64,000 nt of DNA from Candidatus Shapirobacteria bacterium. GTDB lineage: Bacteria > Patescibacteriota > Microgenomatia > PFEM01 > JBDRBL01. How positions within the stretch are numbered: the stretch's first letter is position 1; each line of letters starts with the position of its first letter. Shown here one piece after another: positions 1-7,693 of this stretch. The notes beneath the pieces are model-generated. The model was not told the origin of the DNA. It made no database searches and worked only from the letters and a program-made list of their open reading frames with translations. A program made the position numbers and the translations under genes. Location: assembly GCA_043822685.1 (NCBI GenBank), contig JBDRBL010000003.1:4659-68658 (forward strand). Reading direction: 5' to 3'.

Positions 1-95
1 GAGAGATTTTTTCCGCCAAGCGAACCAGTTTTTGCGTCGAGAACAAGAGGATGGCAAGGCCGAGGCAAAACTTGAGGATAATTTCAGACATGTCG

Positions 96-437
96 CTATG
101 AGACGGTTTTCTTTTTGGGAGTTTTTGTTTCTTTGACTTCCGTTTTTGGTTTTGTCAAGATATCCAAAATCTTATCCAGTTTGTGGTTGATTGACTCCAG
201 TTGTTCGTTGTTTTGGGGGCGAGGGTTGTCCCGGCCACCGCTTTTTTCAAAACATTGACTGCAATAAACCGGCTTGTCGCCGGTGGGTCGAAAAGGTACT
301 TCGCAATCTTTGCCGCAGGTACTGCAAACGGCTTGATGCATCTCTCTTGGCCCGCGATCGCTAAAACTCCGTCGGCCAAAATCCCTCTGGCCGAAACTCC
401 TTCCTCCCGATCGATCATCCCGCCTAAAGTTACCCAT
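96..437 (-). CDS. small zinc-ribbon protein with a CxxC...CxxC motif, Arg/Gly-rich N-terminus and Lys-rich C-terminus; hypothetical nucleic-acid binding
   Basis: ORF track; CSTCGK...CSQC tetracysteine zinc-ribbon pattern read from the translation. Confidence 0.45.
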   Translation of the reverse strand: MGNFRRDDRSGGRSFGQRDFGRRSFSDRGPREMHQAVCSTCGKDCEVPFRPTGDKPVYCSQCFEKSGGRDNPRPQNNEQLESINHKLDKILDILTKPKTEVKETKTPKKKTVS

Positions 438-542
438 ATATTTATATCATAACACACTTTTGGACGAATAACGAGTAGCAGTTTGCTTTTGTATTCGTAT
501 CATTGGAAGAGAAGTTTTCATATTGCTCTATGATTATTTCTC

Positions 543-1193
543 TTGATTTGCTATAGTTGGCTGGTGGAAATTGTGGCGGGCATAATCAATTTTATCTTGC
601 ACATTGATACTCACTTGGGGGAGATTATTGCCCAATATGGCACGCTCTCTTATTTGATTTTATTTGTGATTATCTTTGCTGAGACGGGTTTTGTTTTTAC
701 CCCTTTTTTGCCGGGCGATTCACTTCTTTTTGCCGCCGGAGCATTTGCGGCGATTGGCTCTTTTAATTTGCCGGTCGTACTCTTGGTTCTTTGGTTGGCG
801 GCTTTTTTGGGTGACACGGCCAATTATTGGATCGGGCATTTTTTTGGTCAGAAATTAATCAACCACCCCAAAGTACCCATTAATCAGGAACATGTTGATA
901 GAACCCAGGCTTTTTATCAAAAACATGGCGGCAAGACGATTTTTTTAGCTCGCTTTATCCCGATTATCCGTACCTTTGCCCCTTTTGTGGCCGGTATTGG
1001 CCGGATGCAGTATCGAAAGTTTGTTTATTTCAATGCTACCGGTGGCTTGGTTTGGGTTTTTGGCTTTACGCTTTTGGGTTATTTTTTTGGCAACATTCCC
1101 GTGGTTAAAGAAAATTTTTCGTTGGCGATCATGGCCATTATTGTTATTTCTATTTTGCCGTTTTTTATTCAACTGATTAAAACTAAAAAATGA
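543..1193 (+). CDS. DedA/SNARE-associated family membrane protein
   Basis: LPGDSLLFAAGAFAA and ARFIPIIRTFAPFVAG motifs typical of the DedA family; multiple TM segments. Confidence 0.75.
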   Translation: MICYSWLVEIVAGIINFILHIDTHLGEIIAQYGTLSYLILFVIIFAETGFVFTPFLPGDSLLFAAGAFAAIGSFNLPVVLLVLWLAAFLGDTANYWIGHFFGQKLINHPKVPINQEHVDRTQAFYQKHGGKTIFLARFIPIIRTFAPFVAGIGRMQYRKFVYFNATGGLVWVFGFTLLGYFFGNIPVVKENFSLAIMAIIVISILPFFIQLIKTKK

Positions 1194-1936
1194 CCGTTTT
1201 ACTTTATATTGTGGTAGCTAACTTGGTGGTTAGTCTTGGTTCGTTGGTGGGAATTTTAACTTTGGGAATAAAACCAAAACAACTTGATCGGATTTTGCTT
1301 TTTTTAGTTTCTCTTTCGGCGGGAAGTTTGATGGGCGGGGCATTTTTACATCTTTTGCCCGAAGCCTCGGAGAAGCTGTCTCCGACTCAAGTTTATACTA
1401 CGGTTTTAGTCTCTTTCCTGCTTTTTTTTCTCATTGAGAGGTTGCTGCATTGGCGGCATTGCCACAAAGGACATTGTGATATTCACGCTTTTGGTTATCT
1501 GAATTTGTTTGGCGATGGTATACACAACTTTCTTGACGGACTGGTGATTGCCGCTGCTTTTCTCACCGATTTTCGTTTGGGGGTTACAACAACTATCGCT
1601 GTTTCTTTACACGAAATACCGCAGGAAATTGGTGATTTTGGGGTACTTTTATACTCTGGTTTTAGTCGGCAAAAAGCTCTGGCTGCTAATTTTTTGATTG
1701 CTTTAACGGCGGTGATTGGGGGAGTAGCCGGCTATTATTTTTCTTTTTCGCTGGCGGATTATTTGCCCTATTTACTTCCTTTTGCCGCCGGTGGTTTTTT
1801 GTACATTGCCGCCTCGGATTTAATGCCCGAAATTCGCAAAGAGGAGAGCCTGAAAAAGTCTTTTTTCCTTTTTGCGACCTTTGTTTTAGGCATTTTGATA
1901 ATTTTAGCGGCAAAATTCTTTCTGCCCGAGTCATGA
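1190..1936 (+). CDS. ZIP family metal (zinc) transporter, ZupT-like
   Basis: HEIPQEIGDFGVL motif and His-rich loop HWRHCHKGHCDIH; polytopic membrane protein; start overlaps the DedA stop by 4 nt. Confidence 0.75.
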   Translation: MTVLLYIVVANLVVSLGSLVGILTLGIKPKQLDRILLFLVSLSAGSLMGGAFLHLLPEASEKLSPTQVYTTVLVSFLLFFLIERLLHWRHCHKGHCDIHAFGYLNLFGDGIHNFLDGLVIAAAFLTDFRLGVTTTIAVSLHEIPQEIGDFGVLLYSGFSRQKALAANFLIALTAVIGGVAGYYFSFSLADYLPYLLPFAAGGFLYIAASDLMPEIRKEESLKKSFFLFATFVLGILIILAAKFFLPES

Positions 1937-1957
1937 TCTTTTTTGAGTCGTTAAGTA

Positions 1958-1986
1958 TTGACAAGTTGCCTAACTTGTGTTAAGTT
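1958..1986 (+). promoter_or_regulatory. sigma70-like promoter (TTGACA -35) overlapping an 18-bp palindrome ACAAGTTgcctAACTTGT; likely autoregulatory operator for the HTH-Doc pair; transcript near-leaderless
   Basis: TTGACA at 1958-1963; inverted repeat 1961-1978; TGTTAAGTT -10-like element ending 7 nt before the ATG at 1993. Confidence 0.4.
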
Positions 1987-1992
1987 ACTGAT

Positions 1993-2271
1993 ATGAACTT
2001 AACTAACTTTCTTTCTACTCCCCAGTTGGCCAAATTATTGGGTATCAGCCGCGTGGCTGTTTATCAAAAGATCAAAGCCGGTCAAATTCCCGCTGTTAAG
2101 ATTGGTCGTAATTTTGTGATTGCCAAAAGCGAACTTGGTAGTTTGACGGGGGACAGTTTGACCGACAAAGAGGATCGATTGATTCGCCAAGCCGTTAAAA
2201 AAACCATTGCCGATTATGGCGAAACCCTCAAGTTACTAGCCGCCTATGACCAAAGCCATCCGTCTGATTGA
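1993..2271 (+). CDS. HTH DNA-binding protein (excisionase/MerR-type HTH), putative antitoxin partner of the Doc toxin
   Basis: LAKLLGISRVAVYQKIKAGQIPAVKIGRNFVI helix-turn-helix motif; 26-nt overlap with the downstream Doc gene. Confidence 0.55.
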   Translation: MNLTNFLSTPQLAKLLGISRVAVYQKIKAGQIPAVKIGRNFVIAKSELGSLTGDSLTDKEDRLIRQAVKKTIADYGETLKLLAAYDQSHPSD

Positions 2272-2665
2272 GGTTAAACGAATCACTTTTTATTTAGCTC
2301 GGGAATTCCTGAGTTTTAATGAAGCTATTCCAGATTTTGACACCCGTTTTTCTGATGTTTTGGAGAGTTGTTTGGCGGTTCCTTTCCAACGCTTCGCCCG
2401 TCATTCACTTTATCCTGACCTAGTCAGTCAAGCCGCCATGCTTTTTTACCTTTTAGTTAAAAATCATCCCTTTCAAAACGGTAATAAAAGAATTGCAATG
2501 ACGACTTTGTTGTATTTTTTGTTTAAAAACCAAAAATGGCTTGAAATTGACGCGAAAAGACTTTACAATTTTGCTGTTTGGGTGGCCGAAAGCCCGGCCG
2601 AACTCAAAGACGACACTCTCTCCGCCGCCAGAAAATTTATCAAAAGATATTTAGTTGAATTGTAA
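2246..2665 (+). CDS. doc: Doc (death-on-curing) / Fic-fold family toxin
   Basis: HPFQNGNKR matches the Doc variant (HxFx[D/N]GNKR) of the Fic motif; about 140 aa; overlaps the upstream HTH gene. Confidence 0.7.
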   Translation: MTKAIRLIEVKRITFYLAREFLSFNEAIPDFDTRFSDVLESCLAVPFQRFARHSLYPDLVSQAAMLFYLLVKNHPFQNGNKRIAMTTLLYFLFKNQKWLEIDAKRLYNFAVWVAESPAELKDDTLSAARKFIKRYLVEL

Positions 2666-2666
2666 C

Positions 2667-3047
2667 TTACTTCACCTCAAACCATTCGATTGGCGTGCGG
2701 TCGTCGGGTTCGCCGTTGTAATTGACGGTAATTTCCTCACCTTTTTTAATATTTTTAATGGCGCGATAGACCATGGTCACGGTGCGAAAGTTTTGTTTCC
2801 AGTCGGCGTTGGGCTCAAAGGAATGATTGTAAATGGAGCCGTAGCCTAGAACCATACAAGCGCCGCGAGTGGAACGCCAGGGATAAATGTACTGATCTAA
2901 AACTGTGTTTTCGCAGCGTTTCCGTTCCTTTGGGGTCAGAGGGATGATAGGGCAAACCTCGACGATTTCTCTCTTTTTAAAATTCTTTAAAGCGATTATT
3001 CCCCGGCCCTTGTTTTTAAAATTTTTGAGCTTAACATCTTTGATCAT
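2667..3047 (-). CDS. SET-domain protein methyltransferase (126 aa)
   Basis: GRGIIALKNF (GxG), YNHSFEPN (NHSCxPN-like) and EEITVNYN motifs; start reassigned to the MIKDVK ATG at 3047, because the longer 248-aa ORF runs over the divergent gene at 3093. Confidence 0.7.
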   Translation of the reverse strand: MIKDVKLKNFKNKGRGIIALKNFKKREIVEVCPIIPLTPKERKRCENTVLDQYIYPWRSTRGACMVLGYGSIYNHSFEPNADWKQNFRTVTMVYRAIKNIKKGEEITVNYNGEPDDRTPIEWFEVK

Positions 3048-3092
3048 GGGTTGAGTATAGCAAAAAACTCTCCTTTTTGGTAAGATAATTTT

Positions 3093-4151
3093 ATGGCTGA
3101 ATCGACGACCACCGGTGAAACAAAGCTGCCCAAAATTGTCCTGCAGATTGACAGAGACGCTCTTAAAAGACTTAATTTCGTGACGGTAGCTTACTCTCAT
3201 GTTGAACCGGAGATGTTTCCCACCAAAGATGCTTACGAAGCGGAGGTGGAGGTGGAGGAGCGGGCTAAAGAAGTGGCAGAAGCGGTTAAAAAACTGGGAA
3301 TTGAGTGTAAAACTTCTCCCGGTAATCAATACTTTTTGACCAACTTGCTGGTGGACAAGCCCGATCTGGTCGTTAATTTGGTTGATACTCTCAAGGGAAA
3401 AGATAGTCTGCAAACTTCAGTACCGGCGGCTTTGGAGCTATCCAACATTCCTTATACCGGAGCAGGCATGGAAGGCATGGTCATTGGTAATAATCGCAAT
3501 ATTACTAAAAGAATGTTGGTGGCCTACGATATTCCCACTCCCGCCTTTCAATTTATTCGTCGGGTGGGAACCAAAGTAGACGAGACTCTGGGTTTGCCCC
3601 TGATTGTCAAACTTAACGAGGGTGGTGGCAGCGTTGGTGTCGACAACAAGGCCGTTAAAGAGACCTTTCGTGAAGCCCAGCAAAAAGTTGACAAAATGAT
3701 TTCCCGCTATAAGTTGCCGGTGATCATGGAACAGTTTGTGGATGGGCCGGAAATTACGGCCTGTGTTTTTGATGACGGCAGTAAGAAACATGTTTTTATG
3801 GGCCAAAAGATTTTTCGTAAAAAACCCGATGGCAAGCATTTTTTTACCAGTCTTGAATCTTATGATGACGCGCGGGCCTATCGTTATGTTTATGTGGCTG
3901 AACCGTTGAGAAGCAAAATTGCCAAACTAACTATTAGGGCTTTTCGCGGTCTTCACCACGAGGATTATGCCAAATTTGATATTCGTTACGACGAACATAC
4001 CAATACGCCTTATTTTACCGACTCCAACCCCAATACCGCTTTTGGTCCCGATCTTGGCCTGCCTTTCACCGAAGTGGCGGCGATGCACAACATCAGCTTT
4101 GATGATTTGATTGCCAGCCTGCTTTCCAAATATGGTAAAGAAATCCGCTAA
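3093..4151 (+). CDS. ATP-grasp ligase of the D-Ala-D-Ala ligase (Ddl) fold family, non-canonical N-terminus
   Basis: MEQFVDGPEITACVF (Ddl-like EEFIxGxExT core); C-terminal FTDSNPNTAFGPD analogous to the Ddl EVNTxPG; lacks the canonical N-terminal GGxSxE motif. Confidence 0.65.
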   Translation: MAESTTTGETKLPKIVLQIDRDALKRLNFVTVAYSHVEPEMFPTKDAYEAEVEVEERAKEVAEAVKKLGIECKTSPGNQYFLTNLLVDKPDLVVNLVDTLKGKDSLQTSVPAALELSNIPYTGAGMEGMVIGNNRNITKRMLVAYDIPTPAFQFIRRVGTKVDETLGLPLIVKLNEGGGSVGVDNKAVKETFREAQQKVDKMISRYKLPVIMEQFVDGPEITACVFDDGSKKHVFMGQKIFRKKPDGKHFFTSLESYDDARAYRYVYVAEPLRSKIAKLTIRAFRGLHHEDYAKFDIRYDEHTNTPYFTDSNPNTAFGPDLGLPFTEVAAMHNISFDDLIASLLSKYGKEIR

Positions 4152-4749
4152 TTTTTATTTTCCCGACCTGCCCCGGGTAGTTCAAAAGAACAATGTCTAT
4201 TGCGGCCCGGCTTGCCTGGAGATGCTTACCGGTTTTCAGAATGTTCATCTTGATCAGGAGGATTTTGTTCAGGCCCTTGGTTTAGAGAAAAAAATTTACC
4301 AACGGGGTCTGTTTGTGGAGGAAATGGCACTGACGATAAACAAATTATTGCCCGAGTTGTGCTTTTGGTTTAAGGAGTGCGCCACAATTAAGGAATTGTC
4401 GCAATTGGTTAATGTTTTTAAACATCCGGTCGGGGTGGAGTGGCAGGGAGTTTTTCGCTACGCGACCCGGCAGGAGGCAGAAGACGATGATCCGGGTCAC
4501 TACAGCTTGATAACGGCCTTAGAGACGAAAAAGAACTTGATTATGATGGCCGATCCCTACAAGGATTATGCCGGCAAAGATCGAAAATTTACGGTTTTGG
4601 AGTTTGAACGGCGGTGGTGGGATATCAACAAAGTGGTTGATTCAAAAAGAGGAAAAACCAAAGAAGTTTATGACTATCGCGTTATGTTTATTGTCACGCC
4701 GCAAAAAGCGACTTTTCCCTTGCGTTTGGAAATGACCAAGATTAGTTAG
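4111..4749 (+). CDS. papain-like cysteine peptidase, C39 / BtrH-like family (start uncertain)
   Basis: N-terminal Q..VYCGPACLEM catalytic Cys motif and downstream GHYSLI His motif, typical of C39-like peptidases; overlaps the upstream ATP-grasp gene by about 40 nt. Confidence 0.5.
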   Translation: MPACFPNMVKKSANFYFPDLPRVVQKNNVYCGPACLEMLTGFQNVHLDQEDFVQALGLEKKIYQRGLFVEEMALTINKLLPELCFWFKECATIKELSQLVNVFKHPVGVEWQGVFRYATRQEAEDDDPGHYSLITALETKKNLIMMADPYKDYAGKDRKFTVLEFERRWWDINKVVDSKRGKTKEVYDYRVMFIVTPQKATFPLRLEMTKIS

Positions 4750-5038
4750 TACAGTTGCAATTGCGGTCGAAGGGGCAGGCGGCTTGGTAGCAGCGAAGCA
4801 ATTTGCCGCAACTGCTTCCCGGCGGGCACCAGTTTTTGCCGCAGATCAGTCCTTCACATTCGGTATCCTCGCCGCAGGGCCGATAACACTTCGTGTCCGC
4901 CGCCGCCGCCCTTTTTTGGTACAACTGCTTTTTGCTTATTTGCTGAAAAGATAAAGCCAGCGCCAAAATTAAAAATATTAAAAAAAACAAGGAACGTACG
5001 GTTGGTTGCCTTAAATTTCGCTTAAACTCCTCCCACAT
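4742..5038 (-). CDS. small secreted/anchored cysteine-rich protein: N-terminal hydrophobic signal/anchor plus a 10-Cys C-terminal domain of about 50 aa
   Basis: SLFFLIFLILALALSF hydrophobic segment; DTKCYRPCGEDTECEGLICGKNWCPPGSSCGKLLRCYQAACPFDRNCNC; convergent with the C39-like peptidase. Confidence 0.45.
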   Translation of the reverse strand: MWEEFKRNLRQPTVRSLFFLIFLILALALSFQQISKKQLYQKRAAAADTKCYRPCGEDTECEGLICGKNWCPPGSSCGKLLRCYQAACPFDRNCNCTN

Positions 5039-5066
5039 ACTTCTAATCTAACACATTTTTTCCTTC

Positions 5067-5096
5067 TTGACAAATTTATCAATCTAATACTATACT
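5067..5096 (+). promoter_or_regulatory. sigma70-like promoter of the iscRSU operon, leaderless-type
   Basis: TTGACA (5067-5072), 18-nt spacer, TATACT (5091-5096), ATG at 5107 with no SD in between. Confidence 0.45.
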
Positions 5097-5106
5097 TGTC
5101 ATAGTT

Positions 5107-5490
5107 ATGTTGAGTTTTACCAAGAAGGTTGATTACGGTTTGGAACTAATGCTTGCCTTGGCGAGAAGCGATGGTCAGCCCCTCTCTTTGCGTCAAGTTT
5201 CTCGTCAAAGTCGCCTGCCTTATGCTTTTTTAACTCAAGTGGCGGTTGAATTGCGCCGCGCTGGTTTGATTGAAGCCAAAGAAGGGGCAACTGGGGGTTA
5301 TTTTTTGGCCTGTCCGCCCGAAAAGATCAATTTGGCCGAGATTGTGGCTGCGCTCAATGGAGATAGCGCCGAAAACTGCGAGGTTTGCGAGCGAGAAGGG
5401 ATTTGCCGGCCGCGGCAAATTTGGGCAGAGATCGAAGATGAATTGGCACAAAAGTTTAAAAACCGAACTTTAAAAGATTTAATTAAATGA
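5107..5490 (+). CDS. iscR: Rrf2 family transcriptional regulator (IscR-like)
   Basis: Rrf2 HTH region SLRQVSRQSRLPYAFLTQVAVELRRAGLI; C-terminal CEVCEREGIC cysteine cluster; upstream of iscS/iscU. Confidence 0.75.
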   Translation: MLSFTKKVDYGLELMLALARSDGQPLSLRQVSRQSRLPYAFLTQVAVELRRAGLIEAKEGATGGYFLACPPEKINLAEIVAALNGDSAENCEVCEREGICRPRQIWAEIEDELAQKFKNRTLKDLIK

Positions 5491-6641
5491 AAAAAACGAT
5501 CTATTTAGATAACGCGGCCACTACACCGGTAACCGAGGAGGTAGTTAAGGCGATGTTGCCTTATTTTACTGCCCAATACGGCAACGCTTCCGAGTTTCAT
5601 TATTGGGGTCAGCAGGCGCGCGCGGCGATTGAAACCAGTCGAGCAACTTTGGCTGATTTTTTAGGCGCCAAGCCGGAAGAAATTATCTTTACTTCCGGGG
5701 CCACCGAATCAATTAACTTAGCTCACAAAGGGTTGATAGAGGGTTTAAAGGTTCAAAAGTTCAAAAATTCTCCGCATATCATCACTTCGCAAATTGAGCA
5801 CAAGGCGGTGCTGGAGACTTGTAAACATTTGGAGAAGCTTGGTTGGGCGACAGTCACTTATCTCCCTGTTGATCAATATGGCCTGATCAATCTTAGTGAT
5901 TTAGAAAAAGCGATCAAACCAGAAACAGTTTTGGCGAGCATTATGTATGTTAATAACGAAGTCGGGACGATTGAGCCGTTGATCGAAATCGGTCAATTGT
6001 TGAAAAAAATGGATCATAAAATTTATTTTCACACCGACGCCACCCAAGCGATTCAATGTTTGGATTGCAATATCGACAGATTGGGCGTTGATCTTTTGTC
6101 TTTAACTGGCCATAAATTTGGCGCGCCTAAAGGAGTAGGAGCCTTGTATGTTCGCCGAGGTACACCTCTGGTCCGTCAACAGGATGGCGGCAGTCAGGAA
6201 TCAGGATTGCGTGCGGGTACGGAGAACGTGCCGTATATCGTTGCCTTAGGAAAAGCAACGGATTTAATTAGTAAATTACGAATTTTAAGAGATGAATTGA
6301 TTAGTGGTGTTTTAAAAATTTCGGGGGTTAAATTGACCGGTCATCCGGTTAAGCGAGCACCGCATGTTGCTTCTTTTGTTGTTGATGGGGTGGAAGGTGA
6401 AGCAATTTTATTGCATTTATCCGATGCGGGCGTGGCGGCTTCAACCGGCTCCGCCTGTAATAGTAGTAATTTGGAGGCCTCGCATGTTTTGAAAGCGATG
6501 GGGCTGTCGGAGGAGACCTCTCACGGTTCCTTGCGTTTGTCCTTAGGACCGCAAACGACCAAAAAGGAAATTGATTATGTTTTAGAGATTTTACCTAAAA
6601 TTATTAGTGATTTAAGGAGGATGGCGCCCAAAAATGTTTAA
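5487..6641 (+). CDS. iscS: cysteine desulfurase IscS/NifS
   Basis: class V aminotransferase fold; PLP-lysine motif SLTGHKFGAPKGVGALYVR; C-terminal GSAC active-site cysteine. Confidence 0.85.
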   Translation: MKKTIYLDNAATTPVTEEVVKAMLPYFTAQYGNASEFHYWGQQARAAIETSRATLADFLGAKPEEIIFTSGATESINLAHKGLIEGLKVQKFKNSPHIITSQIEHKAVLETCKHLEKLGWATVTYLPVDQYGLINLSDLEKAIKPETVLASIMYVNNEVGTIEPLIEIGQLLKKMDHKIYFHTDATQAIQCLDCNIDRLGVDLLSLTGHKFGAPKGVGALYVRRGTPLVRQQDGGSQESGLRAGTENVPYIVALGKATDLISKLRILRDELISGVLKISGVKLTGHPVKRAPHVASFVVDGVEGEAILLHLSDAGVAASTGSACNSSNLEASHVLKAMGLSEETSHGSLRLSLGPQTTKKEIDYVLEILPKIISDLRRMAPKNV

Positions 6642-7032
6642 ACAATTATATTCCGAAAAAGTTTTACAACATGTTCGGCACCCCCAAAATATGGGCGAGA
6701 TTAAAAATCCCGATGGCGTGGCCACGGTGGGCAACAAACAGTGCGGGGACATTATGAGAATGTTTATCAAGGTTAAAAATAAAGACGGAGTTGAGTATCT
6801 CGATAGCGTCAAATTTCAAACTTTGGGATGCGGCGCCGCGATTGCTACCTCTTCCATTGCCACGACGATGATTAAAGGGAAGCCCTTGGTCGAGGCAGAA
6901 AAATTGACCAATCAGGCAATTGTCGATAATTTGGGCGGTTTGCCCGCGGCCAAACTCCACTGTTCTGTTTTGGCCGCGCAAGCCCTCCAAAAGGCAATCC
7001 AGAACTATCGGGAAAAGAACGTAAGGGCTTAA
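6634..7032 (+). CDS. iscU: Fe-S cluster assembly scaffold IscU/NifU
   Basis: three conserved Cys: NKQCGD, LGCGAAIATS, KLHCSVLA. Confidence 0.85.
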   Translation: MFKQLYSEKVLQHVRHPQNMGEIKNPDGVATVGNKQCGDIMRMFIKVKNKDGVEYLDSVKFQTLGCGAAIATSSIATTMIKGKPLVEAEKLTNQAIVDNLGGLPAAKLHCSVLAAQALQKAIQNYREKNVRA

Positions 7033-7038
7033 AGAAAG

Positions 7039-7066
7039 TAGGGGCGCAATTTATCACGCCCCTACA
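7039..7066 (+). terminator. GC-rich hairpin after iscU; possible terminator, weak U-tract
   Basis: GTAGGGGCG-loop-CGCCCCTAC 9-bp stem read from the sequence. Confidence 0.3.
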
Positions 7067-7165
7067 ACAGGAGAGGAAATAACCCTCGAGACTGAGTTAG
7101 CAAAAATTCGCGAATACATCTATACTAATCCCTGGAACTGGGAAAAAGATGAATATTTTTAGCAC

Positions 7166-7693
7166 ATGATCTTTGTTAATTTTAAAGATTATCCAAACGG
7201 CAAAAGAGAGAAGGGTCAACAATTGGTTGAAATTTGCCGTCAGGTGCAAAAGCAAAGCGGCGTGCCGATTTATCCGGTTATTGATGGTCGCTTTGAAGGT
7301 GGAGTACTTCTCAATCATTCCAGCCGACCAATGACTTTAATTCAGGTAAAAAATTTTTTGACTCAATTTTCGGCTTTGAAAACTTTAGTGTGTTGTTCTA
7401 CAATAGAAGAGGGGAAAAGTTTAGCGGCGCTTAAGCCCTGTTATTTGGCCTATGAAGTGCCGGAGTTGGTTGGCGGTCGAGTGGCGGTTTCGATGGCTCA
7501 ACCAAGGGCAATTCGCGATCTGGTCGAGTCGGTTCGGCCTCTGCCGGTTTTGGCCGGAGCCGGAGTTCATCAAAAAGAAGATGTAATTCGGGCGGTGCAA
7601 ACGGGGGCGGTGGGAGTGTTAGTTTCAGCCGCAGTGATGACCGCGCTTGAACCAGAGAAAGTTTTAAAAGACTTAGCAGAGGGTTTTAAATGA
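7166..7693 (+). CDS. tpiA: triosephosphate isomerase, archaeal-type, unusually short (175 aa)
   Basis: VNFKDY (catalytic Lys region), GGVLLNHSSRPM, AYEVPELVGG (catalytic Glu), AGAGVHQKEDV...GVLVSAAV match archaeal-type TIM; an in-frame stop at 7160-7162 precludes a longer N-terminus. Confidence 0.55.
   Translation: MIFVNFKDYPNGKREKGQQLVEICRQVQKQSGVPIYPVIDGRFEGGVLLNHSSRPMTLIQVKNFLTQFSALKTLVCCSTIEEGKSLAALKPCYLAYEVPELVGGRVAVSMAQPRAIRDLVESVRPLPVLAGAGVHQKEDVIRAVQTGAVGVLVSAAVMTALEPEKVLKDLAEGFK

Noticed and set aside
2667-3413. 248-aa minus-strand ORF as given in the track
   Set aside because: Only the C-terminal 126 aa (from the MIKDVK ATG at 3047) carry the SET domain. The upstream 122 codons run across the divergent ATP-grasp gene start and have no protein-like features, so the gene was trimmed to 2667-3047.
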